From the IMG/VR virus record IMGVR_UViG_2529292883_000003, positions 1 to 17,115 of that record: DNA of 17,115 nucleotides; one strand, written 5' to 3'. The number at the start of each line of letters is the position of its first letter. Position 1 is the first letter of the stretch. The DNA comes from a virus. Taxonomy: Duplodnaviria; Heunggongvirae; Uroviricota; Caudoviricetes. Of the stretch, positions 15,880 through 17,115 are shown piece by piece. The notes beneath the pieces were generated by a model. It did no database searches, was not told the origin of the DNA, and worked only from the letters and a program-made list of their open reading frames with translations. Position numbers and translations under genes: made by a program.

Positions 15880-17115
15880 ATGTCTAAATTACCAACAGGT
15901 GTCGAGATTAGAGGTAGATACATTCGCATCTGGTTCATGTTTCGAGGAAAACGATGTCGGGAAACATTAAAAGGCTGGGAGATTACAAACAGTAATATTA
16001 AAAAGGCCGGAAATTTAAGAGCACTGATAGTTCATGAAATAAACTCCGGTGAATTTGAGTATTTAAGACGTTTTCCCCAGTCCAGCACTGGGGCAAAAAT
16101 GGTGACAACGAGAGTCATAAAAACGTTCGGGGAGCTTTGTGATATCTGGACAAAAATTAAAGAGACAGAGTTAACAACAAACACAATGAAGAAAACGAAA
16201 TCACAATTAAAAACACTCAGAATAATAATTTGTGAAAGTACCCTGATATCACATATTCGTTATAGCGATATCTTAAACTACCGGAATGAACTGCTGCATG
16301 GAGAAACGCTTTACCTGGATAATCCAAGATCCAACAAAAAAGGAAGAACCGTGCGCACAGTTGATAACTATATCGCCCTGCTCTGTTCGCTGTTATGTTT
16401 TGCGTATCAGTCGGGATTTATATCAACCAAACCATTTGAAGGAGTAAAAAAATTACAGCGAAACAGAATAAAGCCTGATCCGTTATCTAAAACAGAATTC
16501 AATGCATTAATGGAAAGTGAAAAAGGACAGAGCCAGAACATGTGGAAATTTGCAGTTTACTCAGGACTTCGTCACGGGGAACTGGCAGCTCTGGCGTGGG
16601 AGGATGTGGATCTCGCAAAGGGAATAGTGAATGTCAGAAGAAACCTGACGATACTTGATATGTTCGGTCCCCCAAAAACAAATGCCGGGATCCGGACAGT
16701 AACACTACTGCAGCCTGCTCTTGAAGCACTGAAGGAGCAATACAAACTGACCGGGCATCATCGCAAAAGCGAAATCACCTTTTATCATCGGGAGTACGGC
16801 AGAACCGAAAAGCAAAAACTGCATTTTGTTTTCATGCCCAGGGTGTGTAACGGAAAACAAAAACCTTATTACTCGGTAAGCAGTTTGGGGGCAAGGTGGA
16901 ATGCAGCAGTAAAACGTGCTGGTATTCGCCGCCGTAATCCGTACCATACGCGGCATACTTTTGCCTGCTGGCTGTTGACGGCAGGAGCGAACCCGGCATT
17001 TATAGCCAGCCAAATGGGGCATGAAACTGCGCAGATGGTGTATGAAATTTACGGTATGTGGATTGATGACATGAACGACGAACAGATAGCCATGTTGAAT
17101 GCGCGGTTATCATAG
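15880..17115 (+). CDS. intR: Rac prophage integrase (tyrosine recombinase)
   Basis: 411 aa; C-terminal HTRHTFACWLL...MGHETAQMVYEIY catalytic signature; stop TAG is the last codon of the window, so the att site lies outside. Confidence 0.9.
   Translation: MSKLPTGVEIRGRYIRIWFMFRGKRCRETLKGWEITNSNIKKAGNLRALIVHEINSGEFEYLRRFPQSSTGAKMVTTRVIKTFGELCDIWTKIKETELTTNTMKKTKSQLKTLRIIICESTLISHIRYSDILNYRNELLHGETLYLDNPRSNKKGRTVRTVDNYIALLCSLLCFAYQSGFISTKPFEGVKKLQRNRIKPDPLSKTEFNALMESEKGQSQNMWKFAVYSGLRHGELAALAWEDVDLAKGIVNVRRNLTILDMFGPPKTNAGIRTVTLLQPALEALKEQYKLTGHHRKSEITFYHREYGRTEKQKLHFVFMPRVCNGKQKPYYSVSSLGARWNAAVKRAGIRRRNPYHTRHTFACWLLTAGANPAFIASQMGHETAQMVYEIYGMWIDDMNDEQIAMLNARLS

Noticed and set aside
1-17115. 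CRISPR arrays, rRNA and tRNA genes
   Set aside because: No regularly spaced direct repeats and no tRNA-like or rRNA-like sequence were seen by eye; the integrase stop is the last codon of the window, so any att or tRNA target lies outside.

Overview
This window is the integrase-proximal arm of a Rac-type lambdoid prophage of Escherichia coli, preceded by a ~5-kb AT-rich accessory island, a hok/mok/sok type I toxin locus and the end of an IS186 copy. The prophage part (6573-17115) reads ydaV-ydaU-ydaT-ydaS on the minus strand, then racR-ydaG-ydaF, sieB (minus), kilR-ydaE-racC-recE-recT-ralR-ydaC-xisR-intR on the plus strand; I recognise these by protein sequence from memory and could not run a search. 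The candidate undescribed system is the island at about 1242-6400. Hand-counted 60-nt samples give 17-18 G+C per 60 there against 32 per 60 inside recE. It carries a 581-aa ORF (minus, TTG start, strong SD) and a 599-aa ORF (plus, TTG start) that I cannot place in any family, arranged divergently around a decayed small tyrosine recombinase. The 599-aa ORF appears to be the downstream part of a longer gene whose N-terminus has an Mrr-like restriction-endonuclease fold; the two parts are offset by one frame at a T7 run (4368-4374). The IS186 transposase also appears to carry a 1-bp deletion in a G/C homopolymer. A 7-mer AGTACAT recurs on both sides of racR in a lambda-like OR/OL arrangement. No CRISPR array, rRNA or tRNA was seen. 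All domain-level calls on the island proteins are motif-based inference.
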